The notes under the pieces were generated by a model. That model was not told the DNA's origin. It did not search any database and worked only from the letters and a program-made list of their open reading frames with translations. A stretch of DNA of 35,368 nucleotides from a candidate division WOR-3 bacterium (lineage in GTDB: Bacteria; Hydrothermota; Tepidihabitantia; Tepidihabitantales; Tepidihabitantaceae). Each line of letters begins with the position of its first letter. The stretch's first letter is position 1. Positions 9,318 to 18,180 of this stretch are shown here, piece by piece. The position numbers and the translations under genes were made by a program. Location: contig CBFGIY010000007.1 in NCBI GenBank assembly GCA_965648935.1, positions 1 through 35,368 of the forward strand. Reading direction: 5' to 3'.

Positions 9318-10249
9318 GCCGCGTCCTCATAACCGGCATCGAAGGATTTGTCGGCGGGCATCTTGCCCGCCGGCTGCGCGATTCCGGCCACGACGTCGTC
9401 GGCATCCACTACGCCGAGCCGCCTGCCGGCCTGCCCGCGCGGCTCCTCCACGGCGACGTCCGAATCTTTCCGCTTCTGCGCCTGTTGGTTCGCGCTTCCG
9501 AGCCGGACTGGATTGTCCACCTCGCCGGCCTGTCATCGGTCGCCACCTCCGAAACGCGCGGATCCGAGACTTGGACCATCAACGCCACCGGCACGCTGAA
9601 CCTGCTCGAATCCGTCCGCCAGCTCGAACGCGACTGCCGCGTTCTGGTCATCTCTTCAGCCGATGTCTACGGCCGCTCCAACGTCGGCAAGCCGCTCGAG
9701 GAGGACGCGCCCGAACTGCCGCTCTCGCCTTATGCCCTGAGCAAGCAGGCCGCCGAGGACATCGCCCGGTTCTACCATCGCGCCCACGGCATTCAGTGCA
9801 TCATCCTGCGCCCGTTCAGCCACACCGGGCCGGGCCAGGCCCCCAACTTCGTCTTCCCCAAGGTCGCCCATGCCATCGCCCAGGTCGAGGCCGGCCGCCG
9901 CGACCCGCTCATCGAGATGGGCAACCTCGAGGTCAGGCGCGACTACACGGATGTCCGAGACATCGTTGTCGCCTACGAGCTCGCGCTCCAGCACTGCGCC
10001 CCGGGCGAAACCTACAACGTCACCTCGGGCCGGCCCGTGCTCATCCGCGACGGCGTCGAGCTGCTTCGGTCCCGGGCCCGGGTGCCGGTCGAGGTGCGCA
10101 CCGCGGCCGCGATGCTGCGCGGCCGCGACATCCCGGTGCTCACCGGCTCCCCGGACAAGTTTCACGCCGCGACCGGCTGGCAGCCTGTCATACCGTTCGA
10201 GCAGACCCTCTCTGACCTGCTCGACTACTACCGCGCCCAGGCCGAGTAG
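9314..10249 (+). CDS. Second RMD/GMD-family extended SDR (probable GDP-4-keto-6-deoxy-sugar reductase)
   Basis: TGIEGFVGG, SSADVYG, PYALSK, GNLEVRRDYTDVRD; GTGA overlap with the upstream paralog. Confidence 0.85.
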   Translation: MSRVLITGIEGFVGGHLARRLRDSGHDVVGIHYAEPPAGLPARLLHGDVRIFPLLRLLVRASEPDWIVHLAGLSSVATSETRGSETWTINATGTLNLLESVRQLERDCRVLVISSADVYGRSNVGKPLEEDAPELPLSPYALSKQAAEDIARFYHRAHGIQCIILRPFSHTGPGQAPNFVFPKVAHAIAQVEAGRRDPLIEMGNLEVRRDYTDVRDIVVAYELALQHCAPGETYNVTSGRPVLIRDGVELLRSRARVPVEVRTAAAMLRGRDIPVLTGSPDKFHAATGWQPVIPFEQTLSDLLDYYRAQAE

Positions 10250-10281
10250 GGCAAGGCCCGCAGTGGGCAAGGCAATCGACA

Positions 10282-10316
10282 CCTGTCTGCCGTCGCCTGT
10301 CGCTTCTCTCCTGTGA
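10282..10316. repeat. Degenerate heptamer array running into the GT2 start
   Basis: cctgtct gccgtcg cctgtcg cttctct cctgtga; preceded by two copies of gggcaaggc (10249, 10265). Confidence 0.45.
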
Positions 10317-11206
10317 AACTCTCCGTCATCATCGTCACGTGGAACAGCGCCGAGGACATCGAGCAGTGTCTGGCCACGCTCAACTACGGCGCCGACTTCG
10401 AGGTGCTCGTCGTCGACAACGCTTCGCGCGACGGCACCGCCGACATCGTCGCCGGCTGGCACAACGTCCGCCTGGTCAGAAGCGACCACAACTACGGCTA
10501 CGCCCGCGCCAACAACCAGGGGCTGGCCGCGACAACCGGCGACTACGTCCTCCTGCTCAACCCCGACACCCGGCTCGAACTCGGCACCATCGACCGGCTC
10601 ACCGACTGCCTCGACCAGCGGCCCGACATCGCCGCGGTCGCGCCCCGACTCGTCAACGACGACGGCTCGACCCAGCACTCGATCCGCTCGTTTCCCACTC
10701 CCGCGGGCGTGCTCTGGGAAATCGCCGGCCTCGCGCGCCTGTTTCCCCGCTGCCGCGCGCTCAACCGCTGGTTCCTGCGCGGGTTTGACTACGAGCGCGA
10801 CGCTGTTGTCGACCAGCCCATGGCCTCGTGCCTGCTCATCCGCCGCGCCGTGCTCGAACAGCTCGGCGGGTTCGACGAACGCTTCCCGATATTCTACAAC
10901 GACGTCGACCTCTCGCGCCGGATGCGCGACGCCGGCCACAAGACTCTCTACCTGAGCTCGGTCCGCGTCTTCCACAAGCGCGGGGCCAGCACGGGCAAGG
11001 CCCGGGCGCGGATGATCCGCGCGGCCCACCGCTCGCTCTTCGCCTACCTGCGCAAGCACGACCGTTCCGGCCTGTTCTGGCTCAAAGCAGTCTGGCTTCT
11101 GCCCCTGCTCCAGCTCACCGCCGAACTCCGCGTCCTCGCCTGGCGCCTGTCCGCACGCTCCCGCGCCCAGGCCGACCAAGCCGGACGTTGCCCCGGACAA
11201 CGCTGA
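10313..11206 (+). CDS. Glycosyltransferase family 2 (WbbL/rhamnosyltransferase-like)
   Basis: LSVIIVTWNS, VVDNASRDGT, NYGYARANNQG, LLLNPDT, GGFDERF, DVDLSRR. Confidence 0.9.
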   Translation: MKLSVIIVTWNSAEDIEQCLATLNYGADFEVLVVDNASRDGTADIVAGWHNVRLVRSDHNYGYARANNQGLAATTGDYVLLLNPDTRLELGTIDRLTDCLDQRPDIAAVAPRLVNDDGSTQHSIRSFPTPAGVLWEIAGLARLFPRCRALNRWFLRGFDYERDAVVDQPMASCLLIRRAVLEQLGGFDERFPIFYNDVDLSRRMRDAGHKTLYLSSVRVFHKRGASTGKARARMIRAAHRSLFAYLRKHDRSGLFWLKAVWLLPLLQLTAELRVLAWRLSARSRAQADQAGRCPGQR

Positions 11207-11278
11207 TCGGGCTCCCGCGACCCAATGCTGCCGACCCGCAAGGGACGGGGAACCTGTTGCTGGAAGTTATGCGACAGG

Positions 11279-12460
11279 CTAGATCAGCGATTCGAGCCGG
11301 TCTGCGAGCCAGCGCGCCTGGGCCCGGCGGTCGTAGCGTTCGCGGCTGGCCGCGCCGAAGCGCTGCGGGTCTCGCCCGAACTCGTCCAGCGCCGCAGACA
11401 GCCGCGCCGGGTCGTCGGCGCAGTCGATGCCCGCGCCGGTCTCGCGCACCACTGCCGCGGCCTCGTCCTGTCCCCTGCCCCAGACAAGAATCGGCCGGCG
11501 CGCGCCAAGGTACTCGTACAGCTTGAGGCCGACCGGCTGGTCCGGCTTGCCGACGTAGAGCAGCGCGGTCGCGCCTTTCATCAGGGCGCAGGCATCACGA
11601 TGCGGTATCGTGCCGAGCAGCTTCACCCGCGGCTCGGCGGCGAAGGCGCGCCTGAGCTGGGGCCCGACGCGGCCCGCGAGGTACAGCTTTGTCCCGGGCC
11701 GCGCACGCAGGGCCTCGACGAGCGACAGCAGCTCGACCTCATTGCCCCAGACATTGCCGACATGAACGATGCTCTCGCCGTCAAGGCCGGCCGGCTCGAC
11801 CTCGAATTCGGCCGGGTCGAACCCGTTGGGCAGGACCTCGACGCCCGAACCGACCTGGCGCGCAGTGCCGTCGTTGACCGCAAGCACGAGGTCGGAGTGT
11901 TCGACCACCCAGCGCCGCAGCCGGCGCAATGCCGCGCGCTGGTGGCGCGGCGGCAGGGCGAATCCGGTCGGCCACGGGTCGCGATAGTCCGAACACAGCG
12001 GAATGTGGCCGTGCGCCTTCAAGCGCACACCGAGCAGGTGCGCAGTGAACGGCGGCGCGGTGGCGAAGATGGCGGCCGGCTTCTGGTCGTCGATGATGTG
12101 TCGGCCGATGTGCGAAGCGAACGGGAACCACCCGGCCTTGGAGTCCGGGAACATCAGGGCGTTCAGCAGGCGCGGCCCGCGCCCGATTCCCCTGGACAGC
12201 GCCGGGCGCAGATGCTTCGCCTTCGACCGCAGCAGGTTGAAGATGCGGTTGGGATCAATGCTGTCGGTGCGGTAGAACCGCGACTCCTTCAGGTCATCGA
12301 GCAGCGCCGGGTCGTAATGGTAGTAAGCCACCGGTTTGACCGTGAGGATCAGTGGCTTCCACCCGGCTTCGGGCAGGTACTTGCACAGCTTGGTCACCCG
12401 CATCACACCCGACAGCCCGAGCGGCGGCGTGTAGTAGGCCACGACAAGCAGGCGTCGCAT
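11279..12460 (-). CDS. Glycosyltransferase family 4 (GT-B)
   Basis: YYTPPLG..GVMR, ATAPPF, DYRDPW, PNGFD, KLYEYL. Confidence 0.85.
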   Translation of the reverse strand: MRRLLVVAYYTPPLGLSGVMRVTKLCKYLPEAGWKPLILTVKPVAYYHYDPALLDDLKESRFYRTDSIDPNRIFNLLRSKAKHLRPALSRGIGRGPRLLNALMFPDSKAGWFPFASHIGRHIIDDQKPAAIFATAPPFTAHLLGVRLKAHGHIPLCSDYRDPWPTGFALPPRHQRAALRRLRRWVVEHSDLVLAVNDGTARQVGSGVEVLPNGFDPAEFEVEPAGLDGESIVHVGNVWGNEVELLSLVEALRARPGTKLYLAGRVGPQLRRAFAAEPRVKLLGTIPHRDACALMKGATALLYVGKPDQPVGLKLYEYLGARRPILVWGRGQDEAAAVVRETGAGIDCADDPARLSAALDEFGRDPQRFGAASRERYDRRAQARWLADRLESLI

Positions 12461-12466
12461 CAGGAG

Positions 12467-12494
12467 AAGCTAGTTGCCCGCGCCCGGCTGTCAA
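12467..12494 (-). promoter_or_regulatory. Sigma70-type promoter of the GT4 gene, leaderless geometry
   Basis: TTGACA (12494-12489), 16 nt, TAGCTT (12472-12467), 6 nt, ATG 12460. Confidence 0.65.
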
Positions 12495-12506
12495 CCGGTC
12501 GCACGC

Positions 12507-14528
12507 TCACGCCTTCCCGCCGACCCGGCGCGCGATGCGGCCGGTGACGTCATCCGCGGCGAGCTGCACGAGCCGCAGGCCGGCCAGGAACTGAAGGAGT
12601 CCGGCCGCGTCGAGAGCGAGCAGGTGGTCCTCGATCTGCAACTCGCGCGGCAGGGACCGGAAGAACGCGCCCGAGCCGAGGCTGTCTTCGAACCGGATGA
12701 GGTTGCGCTCGACCACATCCTTGACCGCCGACATCTGCGGCACCGGGAACTCGTCGCGGATGCCTCTGGCCTCGGGCCCGCGCACGACCAGGAGCTTCCC
12801 GTCCACGTCCGAGCAGTCCACGCCCTGCTCGGCGAGCGCCGTGGAGATGATGTAGCCGTAAGTCGCGCCCAGCAGGTGCAGGATGTGCATCTGTCCGCCG
12901 GAGCGGAAACAGGGAAACTCGCGCTCGCCCAGCTCGGGAAACAGCCGCGACTTCAGCACCGGCGCGAGCCGGTAGGAGTACCCGCCCGTTCCCGTTCCCT
13001 CGAACACCTTCGTGTTGGTCGAGAAATCGCCGAGCGGACGCACCAGCAGGGTCTTCTCGGCCGCGTTCTCCTTGACCAGCTCCCACGACCGCCCGGCCAG
13101 CGTGAAGTGCTTGAAGAAGTAGAACACCGTGCCGACGTGCCGGTGCGTGGTCACGTCGATGACCTTGTACTCGCCGAAGGTCTTGTCCTGAATGTTGGAG
13201 TGAATCTTGCCCAGCTCGACCGCCTTCTCTGCGGCCGGCCCGCACTGGTAGATGCCGGCCCGGGCCGCGACCACATCCCCGCGGTCGACCAGGTGCCGGA
13301 ACGCCTCGTTCACCCGCGTCCGGTCGGCGACCGGCGCCAGCACGCGGTACAGCGAATCCATTGTCGTGCCGATGCGCCGGCGCTGGAACAGGTAAGAAAG
13401 TATCTGCTGGGGCAGCACAGCCACCCCGGGCGTGTAGCGCTTCTCGAAAAGCCGGCCCTCGCGCGCGCAGTCGAGGAACGTCTCGAACAGAAGCTTCTCC
13501 CACGGGTCCGCGTACAGCCCGAGAACGAACAGGTAAGACTGGCGACGCCGGTTGCCCCGGCCCAGCCGCTGCAGCAGCGACGACACGTTGAACGGCGGCC
13601 GCGCCAGCACCACCGCGTCGATGTCGCCGATGTCGATGCCCAGCTCCAGCGTCGAGGTGCAGCACAGGAGCCCGGTCTTCTCGCGGTTCATCGCCGCCTC
13701 GACCGTCTCGCGCTGCTCGCGGTTCATCGAGCCGTGATGCACCCAGGTCCGGCCGGAAAACGGCGTCAGGTCGAGCTGGCGCGCCGCGGCCTCGGCGCTC
13801 GACCGGGCGTTGAAGAAGCACAGCACCTTGCGGCAGCCCGACCGGGCCAGCGCGGTCACGGTCTTCTGCGGCCAGTCGTCGCCCATCGGCTCGAGCCGGC
13901 TCTCGATTTCGCGCCGGCTCTGCACCTGCACCACCTGCGGGTCGGGGAAGTAGCGCGCCCCGATGTCGAGGTCGTCGATGGTCGCGGACAGCGCGTGACA
14001 GCGCGCCTGCGGGTTCACCAGGCGCAGCCGCTCAAGCAGCACGCGCAACTGGTCCCCGCGCGGCGTGTTGTCCAGCAGGTGCAACTCGTCGAGTATCACC
14101 GCCCCCAGGTCGCGGAACACGCGCGTGTGCCGGCACAGAAGCGAGTCCAGCGACTCTGGCGTGGTGATGACCAGGAACGGCAGCTTCTTCTCGTCGATCG
14201 CGGGATGGTCACCAGTTTTTCTGCCCAGCGGCAGTTCGAGGTATTCGAACGCCGGACTCAGGCGGCGGAACAGGTCGTTGACCAGGGCCCTTGTCGGCGA
14301 CACGTAGAGCACGGCCAGCCGGTTCGGCCGGGCCGGCAGCAGCGATTCGACCACCGGCGCGACGACCGCCTCGGTCTTGCCCGACGCGGCCGGCGATATC
14401 ACCACGGTGTTGCGGCCCTCGAGGATGGCGGGGATGGCCGCAAGCTGCACCTCGGTCAGGTTGCCGAAGCGGGAGAAGAACGGATTCCAGGTCCGGCGCA
14501 GCGCGGCCCGGATCTCTCGGGCGGTCAC
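12507..14528 (-). CDS. Lhr-like DExH-box SF2 helicase (BrxHI/SngC-like), 673 aa
   Basis: Start moved to GTG 14528, which overlaps the upstream stop (GTGA). Motifs: Q FGNLTEVQ, I SPAASGKT, Ia YVSPTRALVND, Ib TTPESL, II DELH, III SAT, HHGSM, V TSTLELGIDIGDID, VI QRLGRGNRR. Confidence 0.9.
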   Translation of the reverse strand: MTAREIRAALRRTWNPFFSRFGNLTEVQLAAIPAILEGRNTVVISPAASGKTEAVVAPVVESLLPARPNRLAVLYVSPTRALVNDLFRRLSPAFEYLELPLGRKTGDHPAIDEKKLPFLVITTPESLDSLLCRHTRVFRDLGAVILDELHLLDNTPRGDQLRVLLERLRLVNPQARCHALSATIDDLDIGARYFPDPQVVQVQSRREIESRLEPMGDDWPQKTVTALARSGCRKVLCFFNARSSAEAAARQLDLTPFSGRTWVHHGSMNREQRETVEAAMNREKTGLLCCTSTLELGIDIGDIDAVVLARPPFNVSSLLQRLGRGNRRRQSYLFVLGLYADPWEKLLFETFLDCAREGRLFEKRYTPGVAVLPQQILSYLFQRRRIGTTMDSLYRVLAPVADRTRVNEAFRHLVDRGDVVAARAGIYQCGPAAEKAVELGKIHSNIQDKTFGEYKVIDVTTHRHVGTVFYFFKHFTLAGRSWELVKENAAEKTLLVRPLGDFSTNTKVFEGTGTGGYSYRLAPVLKSRLFPELGEREFPCFRSGGQMHILHLLGATYGYIISTALAEQGVDCSDVDGKLLVVRGPEARGIRDEFPVPQMSAVKDVVERNLIRFEDSLGSGAFFRSLPRELQIEDHLLALDAAGLLQFLAGLRLVQLAADDVTGRIARRVGGKA

Positions 14529-15964
14529 TGGAGGACTGCCAGCCGGCGCGGCCGCAGGCGCGCCACGTCCAGCGCCTCGACCGTGAACTTGATGAACGCG
14601 CGCACGCCCTCGACGTTGTGCCGTCCCGCGTCGCGCAGGAGCTTCTTCTGCTCCAGCTCGGTCAGCTCGAATCCCGGGTAGGCGCGCGAGTAAATCATCA
14701 CCAGCGCGCTGAACGCCTCGATGAGGGCGCGGTCGTCCAGCGGCTCGAGCTCGATGCGGTGCTTGATGCGGTTGGCCAGCTTGATGTAGGCGTAGTCGTA
14801 CGGGCTGGGCGTGGTCGCGAACACCAGCAAGAGCGACGGTTCCCTGTAGATGTAGGGCACCGGCCTGACCTGGTTGTGAATCATCCGGCTGTTGACGCGC
14901 TTGAGGTCCGGGTCGGCCTGGGCCGTGCGCACCAGCCCGTCCATGAAGTTGACGCTCTTGGTCAGGTAGATGATGTCCCACAGCCGCGTCACTGTCTCGG
15001 CCTCGTCGATGAGCAGGACAAAGCCCTTCAATCCGAGCTGCCGCGCCATCCACGAGATGCCCGACAGGATGTTGCAGTACAGGTCGGCCGCGGTCGAGAA
15101 ATCGTACAGCGCCGGTATGCGCTGCCCGCCGCGCACGCGGTATGGGCTCCTGCGCTCGGTCGCGTACTCCTTGGTGCTCTCGCCCTCGACCCACTGCCAC
15201 AGCACCTCGGCCTGCAGGGTGCCGCGATCCATCCGCTTCAGCCGGTCCAGCGCCGGCCCGAAGAACACATGGTCCGCGATGTCCAGTTCCATCGCCGCCT
15301 GCAGCAGGTCGCGAAACCCGTGCTCGCGGCCGTCCTTGATGTAGCGCAGGTTGTGGACGATCTCGCGGTACACCCGCTTGGGCCGGTGCGGGCTGACCTC
15401 GCTCGGGTCAAACTGGCAGATGCTCGTCAGCATTCCCGCGGCCAGGGCGCGGTGGTGCGCGTACTCGAGGATATGCGTCTTGCCCGTGCCGTACTCGCCC
15501 TCGACCATGAACACGTCGCCCTGCCCGCGCTCCAGTTGCCGGAGCGCACCGCCGATGATTTCAACCTGCCGGGCCCGGCCGAACGTGAACGCCTCGACGT
15601 CCTGGTGCGGCACGATGCCCAGCCGGAACGCTTCGACCATCCGCAGGGCCTGGATGCGGTCGATGGCCTCAAGTCCCGCACCCGCGCTGCCCAGGAGGGA
15701 GTCGTCCAGCTTCGAGAGCAGGCGCAGCCGCCGCGTCGGCAGCCACAGCCGCAATCCGCTCGAGAACTTGACCAGGAGCTCGGTGCCGCGCCAGCGCGAC
15801 TCGATTATCTCGCCGTCGCCGAACACCGGGTGCGAGACCAGGCGCCGCGAGGCACCTGCGATTGCCGATTTCCGGCCGTCGGGCGCGCCGCCGCCTTCGC
15901 TCACCGGCCTGGTTTCGTCATTCGCCATTCGTGGGCCAGCCTTGTCCGTCTGCGGCTCTGCCAT
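14525..15964 (-). CDS. DUF2791/BrxD-type P-loop ATPase with an N-terminal Tudor/SH3-like domain
   Basis: VEAFRLGIVP family start, Walker A GEYGTGKTH, Walker B VLLIDEAE; N-terminal VSHPVFGDGEII...LLVKF. Exact start uncertain. Confidence 0.8.
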   Translation of the reverse strand: MAEPQTDKAGPRMANDETRPVSEGGGAPDGRKSAIAGASRRLVSHPVFGDGEIIESRWRGTELLVKFSSGLRLWLPTRRLRLLSKLDDSLLGSAGAGLEAIDRIQALRMVEAFRLGIVPHQDVEAFTFGRARQVEIIGGALRQLERGQGDVFMVEGEYGTGKTHILEYAHHRALAAGMLTSICQFDPSEVSPHRPKRVYREIVHNLRYIKDGREHGFRDLLQAAMELDIADHVFFGPALDRLKRMDRGTLQAEVLWQWVEGESTKEYATERRSPYRVRGGQRIPALYDFSTAADLYCNILSGISWMARQLGLKGFVLLIDEAETVTRLWDIIYLTKSVNFMDGLVRTAQADPDLKRVNSRMIHNQVRPVPYIYREPSLLLVFATTPSPYDYAYIKLANRIKHRIELEPLDDRALIEAFSALVMIYSRAYPGFELTELEQKKLLRDAGRHNVEGVRAFIKFTVEALDVARLRPRRLAVLQ

Positions 15965-16036
15965 TTGACCTTTGGCTTCTGGCTTCTGACTTGATCCTGC
16001 AGCCCGGTTTCGTCATTCGTCATTCGGATCTCGGAC
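15911..16036. repeat. Heptamer arrays plus a 21-bp direct repeat between the two ATPase genes
   Basis: ggtttcgtcattcgYcattcg at 15911-15931 and 16006-16026 (1 mismatch); tttgacc tttggct tctggct tctgact at 15964-15991; ttcgtca ttcgtca ttcggat ctcggac at 16009-16036. Confidence 0.7.
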
Positions 16037-16042
16037 CTGGCC

Positions 16043-17314
16043 CTAGAACTCCTCGCCCTCGACCTCGGCTCTGTCCTTCTGCTCGAGCCGCTGGGTTGTC
16101 ACGCGCAGAAGCTTCTCCGCGTCCCTGCGCTCGAACTGCAACCCCGGGTCGGCGCGCAGCCTGTGCAGCGCCTCGAGCAGCGCGACCACGAACAGCCGCC
16201 GGTACGACACGTCGAGCACGAACGCGGTCACGGCCAGCTCGGCCAGGGTCCGCACCATGCCGTCGCGCTTCGCCGGGTCCAGTTTGGTGTCGTAAGCGGT
16301 CTCGAACAGACCGGACAGCTTCGCGCCCAGCGCCGTGAGAAAATCGGTCGGCTCGATGCCCAGCTTCTCGAGGTCGATCTTCACGCCGACCGGGTTCATC
16401 TCGGTGAACACGCTGCGCAGCCGCTGCTTCAGCGCCTCGTACACGCCGCCCGAACCCTCCAGCAGCAGGTTCTCGTCCGGCACCGCGTAGAGGAACATCG
16501 CTCCGGGCAGGCGCGAGTTGCCGCACTCGTCCACGAGCTGCCGCAGGTTGTCCAGGGCCCGGCGCTTGTCGCGCGATGAGGATATCGACATCCCGCGCTC
16601 GGCCTCGTCGAACAAGAGCACCAGTCCCGAGTAGCCGATGGCATGCACCCACTGGATGAGCGAGCGCAGCATCCGGAACGCGGTCGCCTTGTCGATGCGC
16701 TCGGATATCCGGTGCTGGGTGCGCACGTCCTTGTGCACTTCCTCGCCCTTGAGCCACTGCACGATGTCGGCGAACCCGGCCGAGTCCTCGGCCAGCAGGC
16801 TCGAGAAGGCGCCCCGCACCGCGTTGTGGAAACTCGTGCTCTCGGTCGGCGCCAGCTCGTCGAGGTACGACCGCAGGTTGTCGACCCGGCCCGCGTCGGC
16901 GCGGCGGTCGCGATACCACTTGCGCACCACCGACTCGATGCCCTTCTCTGCGTCCAGCCCCGGCGTCGCGCCCGGCTGGGGCGCGGTCAGGTTCGCGGCG
17001 ATGCCCTTGTACACCAGCTCGAGCCGGTCAAACGGGCACTCGGTCGGGTTCAGGCTGACGTACGCGACGCAGTAGTTGTTCTTGAACGCGAGGTCGCGCA
17101 TCACGTACAGGAAATGGGTCTTGCCGCCGCCGTAGTTGCCGGTGATGAGCTTGAAGCTCGACAGGTTGAACTTGAGGATGCCGTTGAGGTACTCCTCCTC
17201 CAGCGGCCTGGTGTAGGAGTCCAACCCGACCGTGAAGCTCTCGATGCCGAACTCGGGCGGCGTGCCGGTCGAGCCCAGCTTGTTGATGATTGCCTTGGCC
17301 AGTTGCCGGTCCAT
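16043..17314 (-). CDS. DUF2791/BrxD-type P-loop ATPase
   Basis: IINKLGSTGTPP start, Walker A GNYGGGKTH, CPFDRLELVY, QWLKGE, Walker B LVLLFDEAE, ALDNLRQLVD, YEALKQRL; GAGGAGG SD. Confidence 0.85.
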   Translation of the reverse strand: MDRQLAKAIINKLGSTGTPPEFGIESFTVGLDSYTRPLEEEYLNGILKFNLSSFKLITGNYGGGKTHFLYVMRDLAFKNNYCVAYVSLNPTECPFDRLELVYKGIAANLTAPQPGATPGLDAEKGIESVVRKWYRDRRADAGRVDNLRSYLDELAPTESTSFHNAVRGAFSSLLAEDSAGFADIVQWLKGEEVHKDVRTQHRISERIDKATAFRMLRSLIQWVHAIGYSGLVLLFDEAERGMSISSSRDKRRALDNLRQLVDECGNSRLPGAMFLYAVPDENLLLEGSGGVYEALKQRLRSVFTEMNPVGVKIDLEKLGIEPTDFLTALGAKLSGLFETAYDTKLDPAKRDGMVRTLAELAVTAFVLDVSYRRLFVVALLEALHRLRADPGLQFERRDAEKLLRVTTQRLEQKDRAEVEGEEF

Positions 17315-17323
17315 GTCCCCTCC

Positions 17324-18172
17324 TCAGTCGCGCCCGGTGAACGACAGGTACGAGTAGTGCGTGCCGTCCCCGGCTTCGTTGTCCGGCACCCACAGCGCGC
17401 GCGACTTCTCGGTCGTCGCGTCGAAGTTCGCCACGTGCAGCTTCAGGGTCGCCCCGGCGTGCTCGAACCCGCCCGACTCCTTCAGCCGGAACAGGTCGTA
17501 GGAGAACCGCACGCGCGGGTACTCCACGAACTTCTCCTGCACCGGGTCCACCCGGAACCCCGCAGGCTGCACCAGCAGCACCACCTCGGCCAGGATGTCG
17601 GACAGAAACACCCGCGCCCCCGCGCCGAGGTTGTTCACCAGCACGTGGCGGCGGTACGCGCTGTGCAGCAGCTCAAGCATCTTCTGCGGTGGCACCGCCT
17701 TCTCGACCAGCCGGTCGCGCCAGGTCCGAAGCGTCTGCGCCAGCTCGACCGGGTCCAAGCCGAGCCCGGTCTTCAGCTTCTCCACGCGCGGGCCCCAGAA
17801 CACCGTCGCCTTGCCCGAATCGAAATCCGCATCGACCGCGAACAACCCGACGCGCAGTTGCGGCAATTGGCCCCTCACCGCGAGGCCCGACCCCTCCAGC
17901 GCCGCGACCAAGTCACGGCCGAAGTCGTAGCGGAATTCGTCCTTGTGCGCGCTCACCGCGGCCTGTTCGGACTTCAGCCACTCCTGCAGTTGCGCCCGCG
18001 CTTGCGAGTCCGGGAACTCGCCGATGACGCGCGCGAGCCGCGCCAGCGCGGCGTCGCGGGCAAACGCATTCTTCACCGGCTCGGCGAGGAGCGAATGGTA
18101 ATCTTCGAGACTGCGCGCGAGCTTAGGCGCTGCCGCGCCAATGGCCTTCAGCAGGATAACGAGTCCTTCCAT
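17324..18172 (-). CDS. Hypothetical protein, 282 aa, first gene of the ATPase/ATPase/helicase operon
   Basis: Codon pattern like neighbouring genes, own promoter, 9-nt gap to the next gene. No motif recognised and no clear transmembrane segment. Confidence 0.8.
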   Translation of the reverse strand: MEGLVILLKAIGAAAPKLARSLEDYHSLLAEPVKNAFARDAALARLARVIGEFPDSQARAQLQEWLKSEQAAVSAHKDEFRYDFGRDLVAALEGSGLAVRGQLPQLRVGLFAVDADFDSGKATVFWGPRVEKLKTGLGLDPVELAQTLRTWRDRLVEKAVPPQKMLELLHSAYRRHVLVNNLGAGARVFLSDILAEVVLLVQPAGFRVDPVQEKFVEYPRVRFSYDLFRLKESGGFEHAGATLKLHVANFDATTEKSRALWVPDNEAGDGTHYSYLSFTGRD

Positions 18173-18180
18173 AACCCTCC

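Noticed and set aside
14529..15200. 224-aa N-terminal extension of the helicase in the ORF track
   Set aside because: Overlaps ATPase 2 in another frame and is Arg/Gly/Ala-rich. The GTGA-coupled start at 14528 puts the Q motif at the expected distance from the N-terminus.
12507..18172. Calling the operon canonical BREX or Shango
   Set aside because: No pglX, pglZ, brxA/brxB or TerB-domain gene in or beside the operon; only the ATPase/helicase core is shared.
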